Made by a program: the position numbers and the translations under genes
In this document: positions 41,305-54,255 of the stretch, in pieces
Layout: every line of letters begins with the position of its first letter
How positions within the stretch are numbered: position 1 is the stretch's first letter
NCBI GenBank assembly: GCA_030704615.1
Contig: CM060731.1
Span: 51,522,001-51,586,000 of the forward strand
Source: Takakia lepidozioides
Taxonomy: Eukaryota > Plantae > Bryophyta
Length of the DNA: 64,000 nucleotides
Direction of reading: 5' to 3'
The notes under the pieces: generated by a model
Databases searched by the model: none
The model's input: only the letters and a program-made list of their open reading frames with translations
What the model was told of the DNA's origin: nothing

Positions 41305-41729
41305 GGGCGATACCACACTAGCGGCAAGAGGGGGCGGTGGCACTCAATTTCGGACCCTCCTATTGGTTTAAGGTAGGACAGCGTACCGCTCTGCCTACCA
41401 CAGTAGCGGCTGCTACCGGCGGAGAGGCGTTGACATGGCGCCTACAAGTCACATTACCGTGAATACGGATTTCCAGGCAGTGTCCCCTGGAAATCCACAA
41501 TTTTAGGAAGACGTTTTGTCGCGACGCGGTTCTCCCGCCATTGCGAAGCTGATCTCTCCGACTCCGTCGTGCGATGGTCTCTCCTACCAATTGTTTTGTT
41601 GTTGGGCTTTTGCTATAGTGTGGTAGCCGATTCATTGCCGCTTGGTGACATGGACCTATATCATCCAACAATCCCTAGCCTGCAACGTCCACATCAGTGC
41701 CGTTGGTGTGCCACTAGTGTGGTACGGCC
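41305..41729. mobile_element. Tourist-like (PIF/Harbinger) MITE
   Basis: Imperfect TIRs GGGCGATACCACACTAGCGG and CCACTAGTGTGGTACGGCC, flanked by TAA on both sides (41302-41304, 41730-41732). Confidence 0.75.
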
Positions 41730-41779
41730 TAAGTTAGAGAGGGGATCTCATCTCGTGACCAGTCAAGTGAGCAGAGAGA

Positions 41780-43530
41780 GTTGGTGAGAAAGACAGAGAA
41801 AGAGCCATAAGGGCTAAGACAGCACAACAGTGAAAAACAAGTAGGACTGCTGGTGACAAAACGCCCAGCCAAGCCACTTCTGGCGGGGGCGGCAATTTGA
41901 TGCCAACCATAGTATCTTGAGCTGCAATCACAACTATCTTAATTTCTTTTGAAATAATAGCCATGACAGAATCCAGATTTTTGGGTGGACTGTCAGGATT
42001 CAACAATGCGTCGATTGCACTATCCCTACTTACTTGAATCTTTGCACTCCTTGTAGGCTTTCTTCTTTCCAGACCTTGCCTTCTTTTTGCCTTGATTCCC
42101 ATCAACAATATCATTTTCTGTATCTATCGTCTTTCCTTTAATGTCTGGGGCACGGCCATCAATCTTTCAGTGCCCTCCCTTCTTGTAATTATTCATTCAT
42201 CTCTCTGTACCACTTTGAACCACAGGGTCCCTGTGAAGTAGCCCTTTCTTACATCCTACATCCCTCACAAGGTCTAAGAGAGTGTTCAGGAGAATTCCGT
42301 AATCTGCCAATGACTATTCAATTTGCAGAAGCTTTGTCACCGCCTCCTCGATGATGGGGAGTTTCTCTCAACAATAGTCAGACCGGATATCATGCCAGCA
42401 GCTCCTCCCTATGCATGGAAAAATCATATATTCAACAATAGGCACCAAGCATGACATACCAAAGCACACCTAGCAAAATTATGCAATAACATACCTTCAT
42501 GTTTATGGTTCCCTCCGAAAGTGCCATTTGATTGATAGTCTTTTGTTCATGCCCTCAAATAAAGAGGGGCTGTGAGCTCGAGTACCTTTCTGTGGACCAC
42601 CATGAAAGAACACCATAACCAAATAATACACAATGACTTACTGAGTCAAAACTGAAATCCAAACTCAACCTCAGTGATGAAAACAAGAACTGAAATATAT
42701 AGGAAATGAAAGGGAGTCATGTCACACTTACCAATCGTGCGGCCTTGGCAGCAACCCCCACATGGCCCCAATGTGACGTGTTCTTTATACTGGCACGGGC
42801 ATGTTTCATGGTCTCAGTCTTTGTGATTTATGCAGAGGAATTCCAATAAAATAGAAGTCGATCCCATAAATCTTTTTCACAATTGGAGGGCTTATTACCT
42901 TTCTTCTTCCAAATGTTTTTCAAACGTCCACGCTCAGTTTTCAATTGTTAGATGCCTTCAAAAGAAAAACTTTGTTAACACGCATTGTAGCTTACTCATA
43001 CCCAGAATTCATGGCATCCAGAACCGTTGAGATGGCAGTTGCATCTTGTCCCTCCATATCTTGGATACTTGGATACAAGTACCGAATACTCAAAACCATG
43101 CAAGTCATGTTGCCAATGGTCCTTACCTTCGCAGAGCGCATCCATCTCTCCTTGAGCATTCACTTGCATATGTACGAAAAATTAGCAACAATAAAGTAAG
43201 TTCCCAAATTTGAACTACATACCACCATTGTGGAAAAAAGAAAAAACTAATGCATTCTATGTATGGCAATAGCCTCTTACCTTGTCGTTTCTTCCCTTCT
43301 GTCACCCTTGCCACAACAGTAGCTTCCCAATTTTGCACGGATGCACGTCGTTGTCGCTTCAGATATGTAGCACGAGTACCTGGATCTACATCATCTTCCT
43401 CCACATACGCATCAGTGTCTGCATTCACTGCACCTTGCCATGGGGGGGAGGGCCATATGAGCTGTCGGACCTTCCCCACTATGCATTGCATTGGGAAACA
43501 TGCCATTGCCATGACCCTCCCGTAGGTCCC
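41780..43530 (-). pseudogene. Decayed, spliced transposon accessory gene with a Transposase_24 (En/Spm TnpA)-like segment
   Basis: 42732-43170 translates to ...LKTERGRLKNIWKKKGNKPSNCEKDLWDRLLFYWNSSA*ITKTETMKHARASIKNTSHWG..., matching the P..W..L..YW......M..AR pattern. GTAAG donor at 42731. Confidence 0.5.
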
Positions 43531-43569
43531 CACTATAGTGGTGGATGGTCCTCACTGCTATTTGACATT

Positions 43570-44790
43570 ATATGTTGGGGATTCGGATGGATGCCCATAC
43601 GTTTGTGGCAGAGTATGTACTTGCGGCGTTGCTTTCATACAACCTCAAAGACAACAAAATTTGGAGTACACTAAGTCCATAGAAAATCCACCAATGCTAA
43701 CTATGATGATAAGTTTTTCAAGCATGAGCAAGTTCTCAAGGATTACCAAAAAATTGGCAAGGTCCACAACTATAAATACATGAAAGGTCAATCGCTGCAC
43801 AGTTGTCACAGGTATTTTCAATTCAATTAGCATACATTAACATACAATTAACATAACATACATTACCATAGCTTTAGCATTAACATTCTTTTTCTACATC
43901 TGTCTCCCTCCCCCTCTTGGCAGTAGACTAACTACAAGCAAAGATGACACACATACAGGTTCAGGTTTTGATGTGTTGTATTTAGGCATCATGGATGAAC
44001 ATGGGACCCGGTGGGGCAAAAGCACTTCTAGCAACAAGCTGTAATGATATAGGGGCTCAATTATGAAGCATGATAATGTGACCACGTCTTTGGTGTGTGA
44101 TGATCCTATTTTTATAGCCTCATGTTTGAAGCATGTGATTGGAAATGAGATTCGGTGGCCAACTGTTCAAGAACGAGCTACATTAGTCCATCACAATAGC
44201 TGAAATTCCTGTGTTGTCCATCACATAGCTGAATTTCTTGGTTGTGTTGGACTTTGTTGATGGGACCTTGGTGAAGATTCGGAGACCTTGGCAAAAGGAG
44301 GAGCATAAGAGTTGGTTTAATGGTTGAAAAAAAATGTACTCCATGAACATCACGGTTATTGTTGATCACCAAGGATTGTTCGTTCATATCGACCTTGGAT
44401 ATCCCGGATCTTTCCACAATGTGAGCATCCTGCGACACTCCGATTTTTACAAGAACTATCACAATTATTTTGTACATGAGGATGAGTACTTAAAACATTT
44501 GTTGGGAGATCGAGGCTATATGAGCAAGGAGATGTTCATAATGCGTAGATTGGAAGACGTGAATTAGCTCCAGATGTTGATCAATATCAGCCGTTAAGGC
44601 TTACAATAAGATGCATGATGGCTATCCTGTCTGAGTTGAGCGGGAGATTGGCTATCTGAAACGCAAGTTGAGACATCTAATGAAGAGATTTGATCCTACC
44701 AAACCAAAGTTCAACCATCAATTTTAAGCTGCAACTTTACTCACAAACAATCTTCAAATGAGAAGTCTTGATTTTACAATTGAAGTGATC
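43570..44790 (+). mobile_element. Pseudogenised PIF/Harbinger (HARBI1-like, DDE_Tnp_4) transposase
   Basis: EIRWPTVQER, GCVG..DGTLVKIRRP, YSMNITVIVDHQGLF..GYPGSFHN, LLGDRGY, YNKMH..VEREIG.LKRK. Frameshifts and a ~30-bp internal duplication at ~44188-44248. Confidence 0.8.
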
Positions 44791-44924
44791 GGTGACCTCT
44801 CTCTCTCTATCTGTTGCTATAAGTGCATAAACATAGAGAATGGGCACTATTTAATTTGTAGGGGTTCACTCCAATAGTGTGACTACATTCTTTCATACAA
44901 GCATCCATCTGTTATGTGTGAGTG

Positions 44925-45120
44925 ACGCAAAACTTAGACCACTATAGGGCCGGGGCTTTAGGCTCAGCCTCGAGATTTTGGAAGTTGGTGAAAGAAATAA
45001 GTGAAGTACACCCTTTGACAAATCTGGAAGGAGATGAATTGACTGGAAGGTACTTTGCATACATACCGGGTGAAATAAAATTCAAGAGCCATATGAGGGG
45101 ACAGCTTTGATGGACGACTT
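44925..45120 (-). mobile_element. Short 3' fragment of the RTE-like LINE family also found at 47338-48556
   Basis: FTNFQNLEAEPKAPAL here versus FTNFESLEAEPKAQAL at ~48330-48380. Confidence 0.7.
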
Positions 45121-45828
45121 GCAAGAAGATGCCCTTCACCGATACATCTACTAGCATGAGAAATGATAGTAGGTACTAGGTACCACTGTGCACTTTTATC
45201 TCATCAAATTGTGATATGTAGTGTGAAGTTGGTCAAGGTCTTGAAAAGCACCTCGTGCCTCTCATAGTAGCAAAAACGTCACGAGCACCGTCATAAGCAT
45301 CATCTGACTGCTGCACCTCATCATGGAGTTAGTTTGAATTAAACATGTCAACAGAATTTGCAACTGCAACTACAACTACACTAATCGTGAGTGCCTGCCT
45401 CCCTCTCCATATCGTGAGAGAGTTCCTCGTCGCTACTTGAAGAGCTATTGTTACTTGAAGTTGAAGCTGCTACTTGAAGAGTCCATCGTGACGGTGAAAG
45501 GGCCACCAGAAGAACCCTCCCTGCTTCTTATACTTTTAGGGATTCAGATCGTGTCAAGTAGCAGGACTCGTACCGAGATTTGCAAACTCGTACCCAATTC
45601 TACAAACTCAAGTACCGTGTTTGGCTGACTCGTCCCCTGTTTGCCTGACTTCACGTTTGCACTCAAACTGGGGATGAAACACGGAGTTACAGGTCCAAAG
45701 TGGGGCCCAAACTCAGATGACTTTACCGGATAACTTTAATCTCACGGAGAAAGAGCTGTTTTGTTTTCTGATTGTATCGTCTCTGAGATTCTACACAGCC
45801 TCTTTTAGGAACTTGTAACCGGGTGCCG

Positions 45829-48800
45829 ATGGATAAAATGGTATTCATCAATCTGGGCTGCGGCTCTGAGATTCTGTACTTCCCCAATTTCCTGGAGCAG
45901 GTGGATGCAGACAGATACTTGAGCAGTCTTGACACCCAAGTGAAATGGTGTCGCCCCTCCATCTTCGTCTATGGACGCTCATGTTTGCAGGTTCTTATTT
46001 ATGTTTTCCCTTCCATGTCCCGGTAATGTTCATTAGCGTTTTGTTTTTTTCTTAAGAGGAGCGGAAATAGAACTAAAGGCTAAGTTTGTGAGTTCGTTCC
46101 CCTTTTTGCATTCCCTTATCAAATGCACCTCTTCACATAGCTGGGTGTTCGATTAAACTAAAGGAGGATTTGACTGTGTCGGTAGCTGTCATTCAGAGTA
46201 GACTTCTGCCGTAGCTCTCGGTCTGGTATATTCAGCTGGACCATATCATTAATGTCTTGGTGTAGACACGGGGTTTCATGTTTGGGCTTCCAAAGTTCAC
46301 AGAGAATCATGAATATGAAGCCGATTGAAAATTCTTTAGGTCCAACTCTGGCAACTATTCTCTATTCTTGTCTTGACCTTCTATGAATATGAGATTCAGA
46401 TTTCAAGGCACTATGGCTCACTGTAGGTTGTCCTGGTTCCCAACCCACTGGTGGCCTATGTTGGATGTTGTCCTCCAAGTTCCACCAGCTAAGGGCTGCA
46501 GGCACTGCCTTCCATTTGAGTAACCATTATGAGTGGACCTAATATATGATTGTTAAAGGCTGTATTATTGGCCCAAAGAGTTCCAGACTTCCAGTGAGAA
46601 GGTGTTCTCTTCACCTTTGCTTGGCTTGAACCAACCTCATCCAGGGTAAGTCACAATTGAGGCTAGGTTGTGTTGCTCTGGTGTGGACGAGCCACAGATA
46701 GCTTATTATGTTGAACTCTCTCTTCCCCCCCATAGGCCCTTCAATGGGTGCAGTAAATTTCTTTTTTTATCTTCCTTCTTTCTTACTTACTCTCTCCCCT
46801 CTTTTAACTGGCAGTGCAAAGCTACTCTTTGTCACATTTTGAAAGGGAGAGGGCTACCTTGGTCAGTAGAAATCCCACATGAGGAGGTACCGAATTGTTA
46901 TTGCTGCAATGATATGTCACAGCACATGGTCGCAGGGAACTGTCAATGGATATATCATCTCTCTGTCTCTCTCTCTATCTCATCTATACTAGTAGTTCTA
47001 TGGTTCTTTCCTAACTTTTTCCTGTCCCTTGGGTCGTCTGGGTCTTTCTTTATTCCGTTCAACTTTGGCCTCACAGACATTTCTTCATCTTCTTCACTCT
47101 CTTGTTATGTTCTACCTTGTCCGACAAGTTGTCATGGCCCTCTGTGGAGGGTATAGAGTTTCTTTCCTTCCTTCTCTGAGAAAGTTGTATTTGCATGTAT
47201 GGTTGTGGTGGCTGGCTGTTCTGTGGCCCCTCTCTCTTTCTTGTTTCTTTCTTCCTCGTGTCCCATAAGCTCTTGAGCTTCCCGTTGGACATTATAAAGT
47301 ATCGTTTCCTTTCGTTTCATTTCTCTTCCCTTCTTTGGGGGCTAGAGGCTAATGTCAGCAAATGTGCAGTGGTAGCATTCAACGACAGAGGAGAGGGAGG
47401 AAGTGATCTTAAGTGGCAGTGGGGTAGCCAAGAGATCCCGGTCCTTCCTTCCTACACTTACCTGGGCGTTGAGTTTTCCTCCAATTGTAATTGGGATGCA
47501 CATATCCGGAAAGTTGTTCAAGCTGGCAAGGGCAATGCTCTGGGGCTCACTAAATTTTTCCACTGCAGAGGGGTCAACTCTGAGGTTAAGAAAACCATGC
47601 TTTGTCGCGTTATTAGACCTGCCTTGGAGTACGGATCTGCAATATGGGTTGATAACTCCAACCAGGCTAAGTCTCTAGAATCCATTCAAGTGGGGGTGCT
47701 TAAGGAGTGTATGTCAGCATGCTCCAAAACAGCCAATGTGGCTGTTCGGGGTGAGTTTGGCATTCCATCCTTAAGTTCCCGACGAGATGAATTCAAGTTC
47801 AGATGGTGGGGTCAGCTGCAACATATGGCCAACACCAGATATCCTAAGTTAATCGACTCTATATCTTGGAAACAGGACCGCCCTGTCAAACAGGCTAAGT
47901 CCTGGCAGAAGAGAGTAGAAGAGATTCTCAAGGACCTGGACCTGGACCTGGATCCGCAAGCCTTGACCCTGCTGGATAAATCTGACTTAGAGGCTGTAGT
48001 GTCCAAAGCCATGTCTGTTGCCATGAGATTGTCTGATGAAAAGTTAGGCAGAAAACTTCCCTGAACTTGTTTCCAGTCAGTGACATGGGGGAGGACATCT
48101 TGGATGACCTCAAGGGTCTACCCACTCTCGGCACTAGACTGAAATTTAAACTCAGGGCAGGAAGCCTACCTTTGAACAGCAAACAGAAGCAGAGAGGAAA
48201 GGGAGAGTGCAATTGCCCGTTGTGTGGGCAATCTGAAGACAGTATTCATTTTCTAATACACTGTCCGGGGTTCTCTTACCAAAGAGACGCTCTCTTCAAA
48301 TCTATCAAGGGAATTGTGCCTGTACCCCTGTTTACCAACTTTGAAAGTCTCGAGGCTGAGCCAAAAGCCCAGGCCCTCCTGAGGCCTAGTTTTTGGGCAA
48401 AACAGGAAAAACCGGATTAATTCTATATATGAAGGTAAGTCTTACTACCAACGTCAGCCCCTGACAGAGGTAGGTTCTGTCCCTTTTGTTCCCGCTCAAA
48501 CTGGGCGCGGGGTCAATGGCCACAAGGCTACGGCAAACAACGTCTTATGAGTACAATCTCTTCCCTTCTTTGCAAAGTCCTTCCTTGGCATAGTTGAATG
48601 AAGTCATGATAAACTCTAATGTACAGCTGTTTGGTGCACTTTGTGTTAATATTGTGCTCAGAGGTCCTGATTCTGCACACGTTGTCATGACGGGGGGTGG
48701 GGGTGGGTTGGCAGCCAAGAGAGACTTGCTACGTGGCAGATGCAACAGTTCCTCCCTACAAGTATAGTGGGTATCAGCCTCCCATTCACTCCTGGAACGA

Positions 48801-50532
48801 TTTCAGTTATCTCAACTCCATCTTAAATACTGTATGATCTCCTTCCCTCCCCCTTTTCTCTGTTCCTTGCCGTTTCTTAGTTTGTTACATACTCGTCTGT
48901 CAGGCTTCCTGTTGATATTATGAATTTTCTTTGCATGATGAAAGGTTCTGCTACAGGATTTTTGACCTACCTACTTTGTGATGTCACAGCTTGTGTACGG
49001 AAGCAGGCCCACCCTTTCCTGCCAACAGATGTGACATTCTAACCTAGCAGGACAGGAATAGGCTGACCACCAAGGATCTTGGACAGCTACATGTGCAATG
49101 GACATAGGGACTAGAAGAAACAGCTCACTCCAAATTCCCAATTCGACAAAGACACTCTCCTTGCTGGATAACCAAATTATTCATGATGCCTTACCTCCCA
49201 TGTTCTCTACATCCCAGGGAGTTGCACCTGTTGTCTGGTGTATACTACCCCAAAAAGTGGACACACAGCATCACTTTCTTTTCTTGAGTCCTATATACCA
49301 TGGGGCAGATTCTACTGTCTCTTTTAGAGGTTCCTTATCCTTGCCTTGTAATGCACCCTGTCCCCGAACGGCATTTAGGGTTTTTCTTATGAATAGTTGT
49401 GTTTCTCCAGAACTTTCAGACTTTTTCTTCTTCGTCTTCTTTCTTGTGATATGTTCTGTTCATTCTGTTATTACAGAACTTGGTGCAAATGAGCTTCATA
49501 TGTAGAGTCAGGATTCAATGAGTGTTCACCTTTCTCACTAATAGTTGGACCCAAAGTGCCAACTCAGCCATATGCTCGATATGATTGTTAGGTAGCCACT
49601 AGCTGTCCAGAGATCAAAACTACGCTTTTAGCACCAACACAGAATCATCACTGTGACTGGATTCTGGTTTGACTGTGCGAAACCACTATGGCAATTTTGG
49701 GATATGGTGGGTGATAACCTTACCGCCGGATCCAGGAGGGTGGAGCCCATACAGGTACGTCATGGCTTTAAATGTTCAACAGAAGATGAGGATTCCTCCA
49801 ATTATTGAGTTATGGAGATTAGTGCTTGATCACTCTGACATATAATTTTCTTGGTGCATATGACTGGTGTTACAGGTGCACAAGGTGTTGCCAGAAGCCA
49901 AATTTAATAGTGTGCTACTAAACCGCTATACAAGTGGGAGTGACCATGTTTCCTGGCATTCTGACAATGAAAGCTTATATGGGCCATCCCCAGTCATTGC
50001 GTCCCTCAGCCTTGGTGCAGAGAGGGAGTTTTTGGTCAGAAGGAAGAAGACATGTCGGATGCCCGCACAGAGAATGGGGCAAGACTCAGCCGCCATAACT
50101 AGTGAAGAGCCTTTGAAACATGCAGCTGTGACACACGGTAAGCAGGAAAACCCAGGGAACTCCAGGAAACTTGGCAGGCTAGGGTTACGAGAGTTAAATA
50201 GTAGGATGCAAGCTAGAGAACCTGATCAGAGTGAGGAAGAACAAAGATTAATTGATCACCACCATTGTGAGAAGAATAGAAGCAGGTCGAAGGATTCACC
50301 ACCTAGACAACAGATGTTGGGGCCGGATAGAACATACTTGGGAGATAAAGAGAGTGAAGAGGCGGTCCTAATGGATGATAGTGAGAGCAAGCACAGCTTC
50401 ATGTTGAAGCATGGGTCCTTGCTGGTGATGAGGGGCTACACACAGCGTGACTGGGAGCATTCGCTTCCCAAGCGAAAGAAGAGCAAGGGACCCAGACTCA
50501 ATCTCACGTTCCGTCGTGTATTCAACAAATGA
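45829..50532 (+). CDS. ALKBH2: AlkB homolog 2 DNA oxidative demethylase; exons 45829-45990, 48715-48831, 49876-50532
   Basis: INLGCGSEILY..WCRPSIFVYGRSCLQ/PRETCYVA..YSGYQP..SWNDF/..FNSVLLNRY..WHSD (HxD)..IASLSLGAEREF..HGSLLVM..WEHSLPKR..RLNLTFR. Phase-0 GT-AG introns. Confidence 0.92.
47338..48556 (+). mobile_element. 5'-truncated RTE/RTEX-like LINE in ALKBH2 intron 1
   Basis: RT C-terminus GLEANVSKC..YTYLGVEF..IRPALEYGSAIW and CPLC..EDSIHFLIHC. Perfect 16-bp TSD tctcttcccttctttg at 47322-47337 and 48557-48572. Confidence 0.88.
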
Positions 50533-51600
50533 AATCAGACTGCAAAAGCCAAAGTGTAAAACAGATGTGCATTGCGTCCAGCAACAATCATCCAGCAAAA
50601 GTTGGTCCCCTGAAGCTCAAGTGGGGAGAAACCATTGCATAGTCTCTACTTGAGGGCATGGCCAACAAAAGATGATGGGCTGACATCACTAAGTTATTGA
50701 AAAAATTGGCCCATTAGGGCTCAAGATATCTCTCCATCCCATCCCTCAAAGAGCCTTCATGGCCAACAAGTCCTTCTGGCCAGTATTTGGTACTTGGTGT
50801 CACTATCACTGGACTGTAGTCCCACTCCCCTCAAGTCCAAGACAGCAAAAAAATCCGTTTGCAACTCCATTTGGGGAGCAGAAAACACGGACAAAGTAAA
50901 AATACTAGCAGTGTTTTGGTCCCAAATCTGCTTCACTAAAAGATATTAAGAGGTTTGTGTTGCAACTGCCAGCCATCGAAGAGAGCACAGAAGACTTCCA
51001 TGCACTAAAGAGAGGGAGAAATTGTTTTTGTGAGTACTTTGACCTTGTGACTCAACAGTCACTTCAGTGCAGAATCTAGAAGCAACTCAAAATCTGAGGG
51101 TAAGATTGGCAGTATATTAATCCATTTTGACCCTAGCTTACAGTTTTCTTACCTGCTGCCTGCTAATTAGCTCAGTTCCCCTTACATAAGCAGCACTACC
51201 TGCTAATGGAACTTTTCTGTACAATTCCCGAAATGCGACTATCCTACAAACATCCGAGTGAGGCAGATTCCAACTTCAAAAACTCATCTTGTTTGCCTGA
51301 AAAGCTTGAGACAGGAAAATCTCCCCTCAGATGCCTAGCACAAAGCCCCTAATACACCAAGCAGACACTCAGGTGAGTAGATCTATAAGGGTGGACGATC
51401 AATCCACCAACCAACTGTATGGTCTTGGCTGTGGTCAGGTAAAGCTTCAGTGTTGAATACCAGGACCAGGAAAAGTCAATAACCTAACCTAATGTGTTTT
51501 ACAGCTCCTGCCATACTATATGAGCGCAATGTACACTAGAACACAATTCAGGTGGCACCAGCAGAACACAGTTGCAGGGGGATTAAGCATTGCCTTCGAC

Positions 51601-54054
51601 TCACAAAAGAGCCACTTCCCTGTTGAAAATCCAGCTAAAACTTCCAGTCTTCGGACCCTTCTTCACCTTAGACTGCGCCCGCTCCTCAAGCCTCCGGATA
51701 CGAGGTGGCAATGAACAAACATAATCTTGTGCGCTCTGACCCCTGCTGGAGAGCCCTTGGATATTTGCGACATTCCACCGGTTGACCAGGTGCTCCATGA
51801 TGTCGGCGTAGTCCCGAGCAGTGTATACCCCAGTCCTCTGGGCCACCAGAGAAAAATCATCAAAAAGGTGCTCATTCTGTCCATCATACATCAGGTGTGC
51901 TGGCATAGCAATCTTCTTCCTCATCATATCGGCAAATGCCAGCATGGCCCCATCAGGGTCCACCTCAAAAAGCTTCTCCGCAATCTTGGTGTATGCATTC
52001 TCATGACGTCTCTCATCCGCCGCAATGAGTCCACAGATAGTGGCCAGTTTGGAGTCACCATGGAACTTAGCATGTCGTGCAGTATTACCGTGGGAGATAA
52101 AGGTTGCTCGCTCCTGGAAGGCTGTGTAAACAAAACCTAGGTAAGGATTGTTTTCGGTTTGCGGGTCCTGCAATCAGATACATTCATTGCACAATGGAAA
52201 TTAGACAATGCAAATTCAAACATCTTTCAAAATTTGCAGAAGGTGAAAAGACAGCATTCCGCAGTCACTGTGGCTCCTGAACTCTACAGGGGTCAGCAGA
52301 ACACACCATGCCAGATCCAATCAAATATTGAATGGTCTTCTCAATCTGTCTCATATCCACTCGGCCTGTTAGGTACAGATACTTGTTCAGCACATCACCA
52401 TGCCTGTTCTCCTCAGCCGTCCAAGCTCGTGTCCAGATGCCCCAGGGAGTAGGGCTGGCACCTGTCTCATCGCGGGTCCCATCTAGAGTATTGAGCATTG
52501 TTTGGTACGTTGGTAGAGCTTCCTCGGTGATCATGTCTCCCACCAAACACACCAGGTAGTCATCAGGTAGACATGCAGCTCTCTCCCGCAGCTCCTTTAC
52601 CTCATCCAAGAAATTTTCTGAAGAGGGTTCAGGAAGGTAATCTTGGGGCTGCCAGCACTTTTCAACGGGCTTAAGGTAAGGCAAAAGAGTAGTTTCAGCC
52701 CACCCTTCAAGTGATTTAAACACTTCCATCTTCTCAGGGGCCAAAGAGTGCATGATCTTGGAATGCATCTCTCTAGGTGCATTCCTGCCACCATTTAGAT
52801 CAGCTTCCCTGCAGGTGTGGGCAAAGTGGAATGGATGATCAGAACTGCTACATATTACTGCCAAGTGCACAGACAATCGTAACAACTGCCTTAGGCAAAA
52901 GAACTCAGCACAACATTCTTGGGTCAAAGCACCTGTCAAATGTGGAATTCCATGTCTCTTAGGGTGCTTTCCAATTCCAATTGAGCAGGAGATTTATCCA
53001 CTGATAGGCAAATCAAAGCCTCTTAATATGACCATCAGCTTCTTGAAAAGAGAATTTCCACCAAGAGTGACATTGATGGGCAAGGGGATGGCTGTTGCTT
53101 TCCACAATCAGAAATATTCAAAGCTCCATTGCTCCAGACCAGGCATATGATGGTTCAACCAAGAAGTCTTCTCTCAAGACTATTGAACAGTTCCTACTCA
53201 GAGAACAGTGAGGTCGGAGCCTTTGAGGGCTACAGAGAGCTATTCAAATGTCAGGAGGGAGTTGGAAAGCAATGATGGCAGCCATATTGTGAAAGGTGGT
53301 ACCTACCAAACTGACCATCATCAAACTTGGGGATATTGCTACAGAGACTGCTACGAAGTTTGTGACAAACGTAGCTTTGAGATGGGAGATGACTTGCTGC
53401 CAAATCTCCCAAGATAGAGGACATACTTTCCAAGGAGTTTTATTCACAGAGGACTCAGCTAGCTTGCAATTATGAGGGCTCTTAAGGCTTCATTCAGTTC
53501 TCTCAGTAAGGCTTCATTCAGTTCAGGAAATTTTGGTCGAGCCACTTTGGAAGATGGTCCCATGGAGGGTTTTAATATGACACAAGAAGGGCATCAAGAG
53601 TGGAAAATTGAGCGCAAGAAAGGGATAATCATAGAGGAAGGGCTGCATATCCATGCGGCTGTAGATGGAGATACCTTTAGTTTAGGCCATCCATGATCCT
53701 TAACAGTAACAACTTCTGCACTGAGAACAGAAACAGGAAAAGTAAATCTGAGCATTCTTATCCTATGCAAAAAACCAAAGATAAAACCCCAACCCCAATA
53801 GACTTCATCCCAAGACCTTACATGGATTTTGATGGGAGAGTCGCAGTCATGGTGACCATCAGGGGTTTGGCAGGTCTGGCACCAGGCCTGCTAAAGTTCT
53901 TTTGTCCCAAGGTCATTCCTTTCATTGCTGAGGGTACCAGCCTTACACTAGGTGCACATGATGGAACATTGTTTGAACTGTCGCATGATGTTGCAGTCCT
54001 CGTCACTATTCCGCTAGGTGCAGACATGGCCATCACTGCCATCTTCGACTCCAT
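51601..54054 (-). CDS. SAD: Plastid stearoyl-[acyl-carrier-protein] delta-9 desaturase; exons 54054-53822, 52808-52307, 52167-51601 (~433 aa)
   Basis: Transit-peptide-like exon 1, [20 protein letters not shown], diiron motifs WTAEENRHG and [21 protein letters not shown]-terminal FSWIFNREV. Splice phases are compatible. Confidence 0.95.
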
Positions 54055-54217
54055 TTGAAAACGCTGGCCGAGAGACCGGACGTGAATATACAGAATCCTG
54101 AAACCAGTTGGAGAACCTATATTTCTTAGGAAACCAGCCTTTTTGGAAACAGACTCAACAAACCTATCACTGAAATTCAAGGTGCGAGAGAAATTAACCA
54201 AGAACCAAGTTCAGATG

Positions 54218-54255
54218 AGGGAGAGGGAGAGAGAGAGAGAGAGAGGAGGGAGAGT
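54218..54255. repeat. (GA)n/(CT)n microsatellite in the SAD 5' region
   Basis: gagggagagggagagagagagagagagaggagggagag. Confidence 0.7.

Noticed and set aside
53040-53690. Possible LINE remnant in SAD intron 1
   Set aside because: Too degenerate to support with a recognisable motif.
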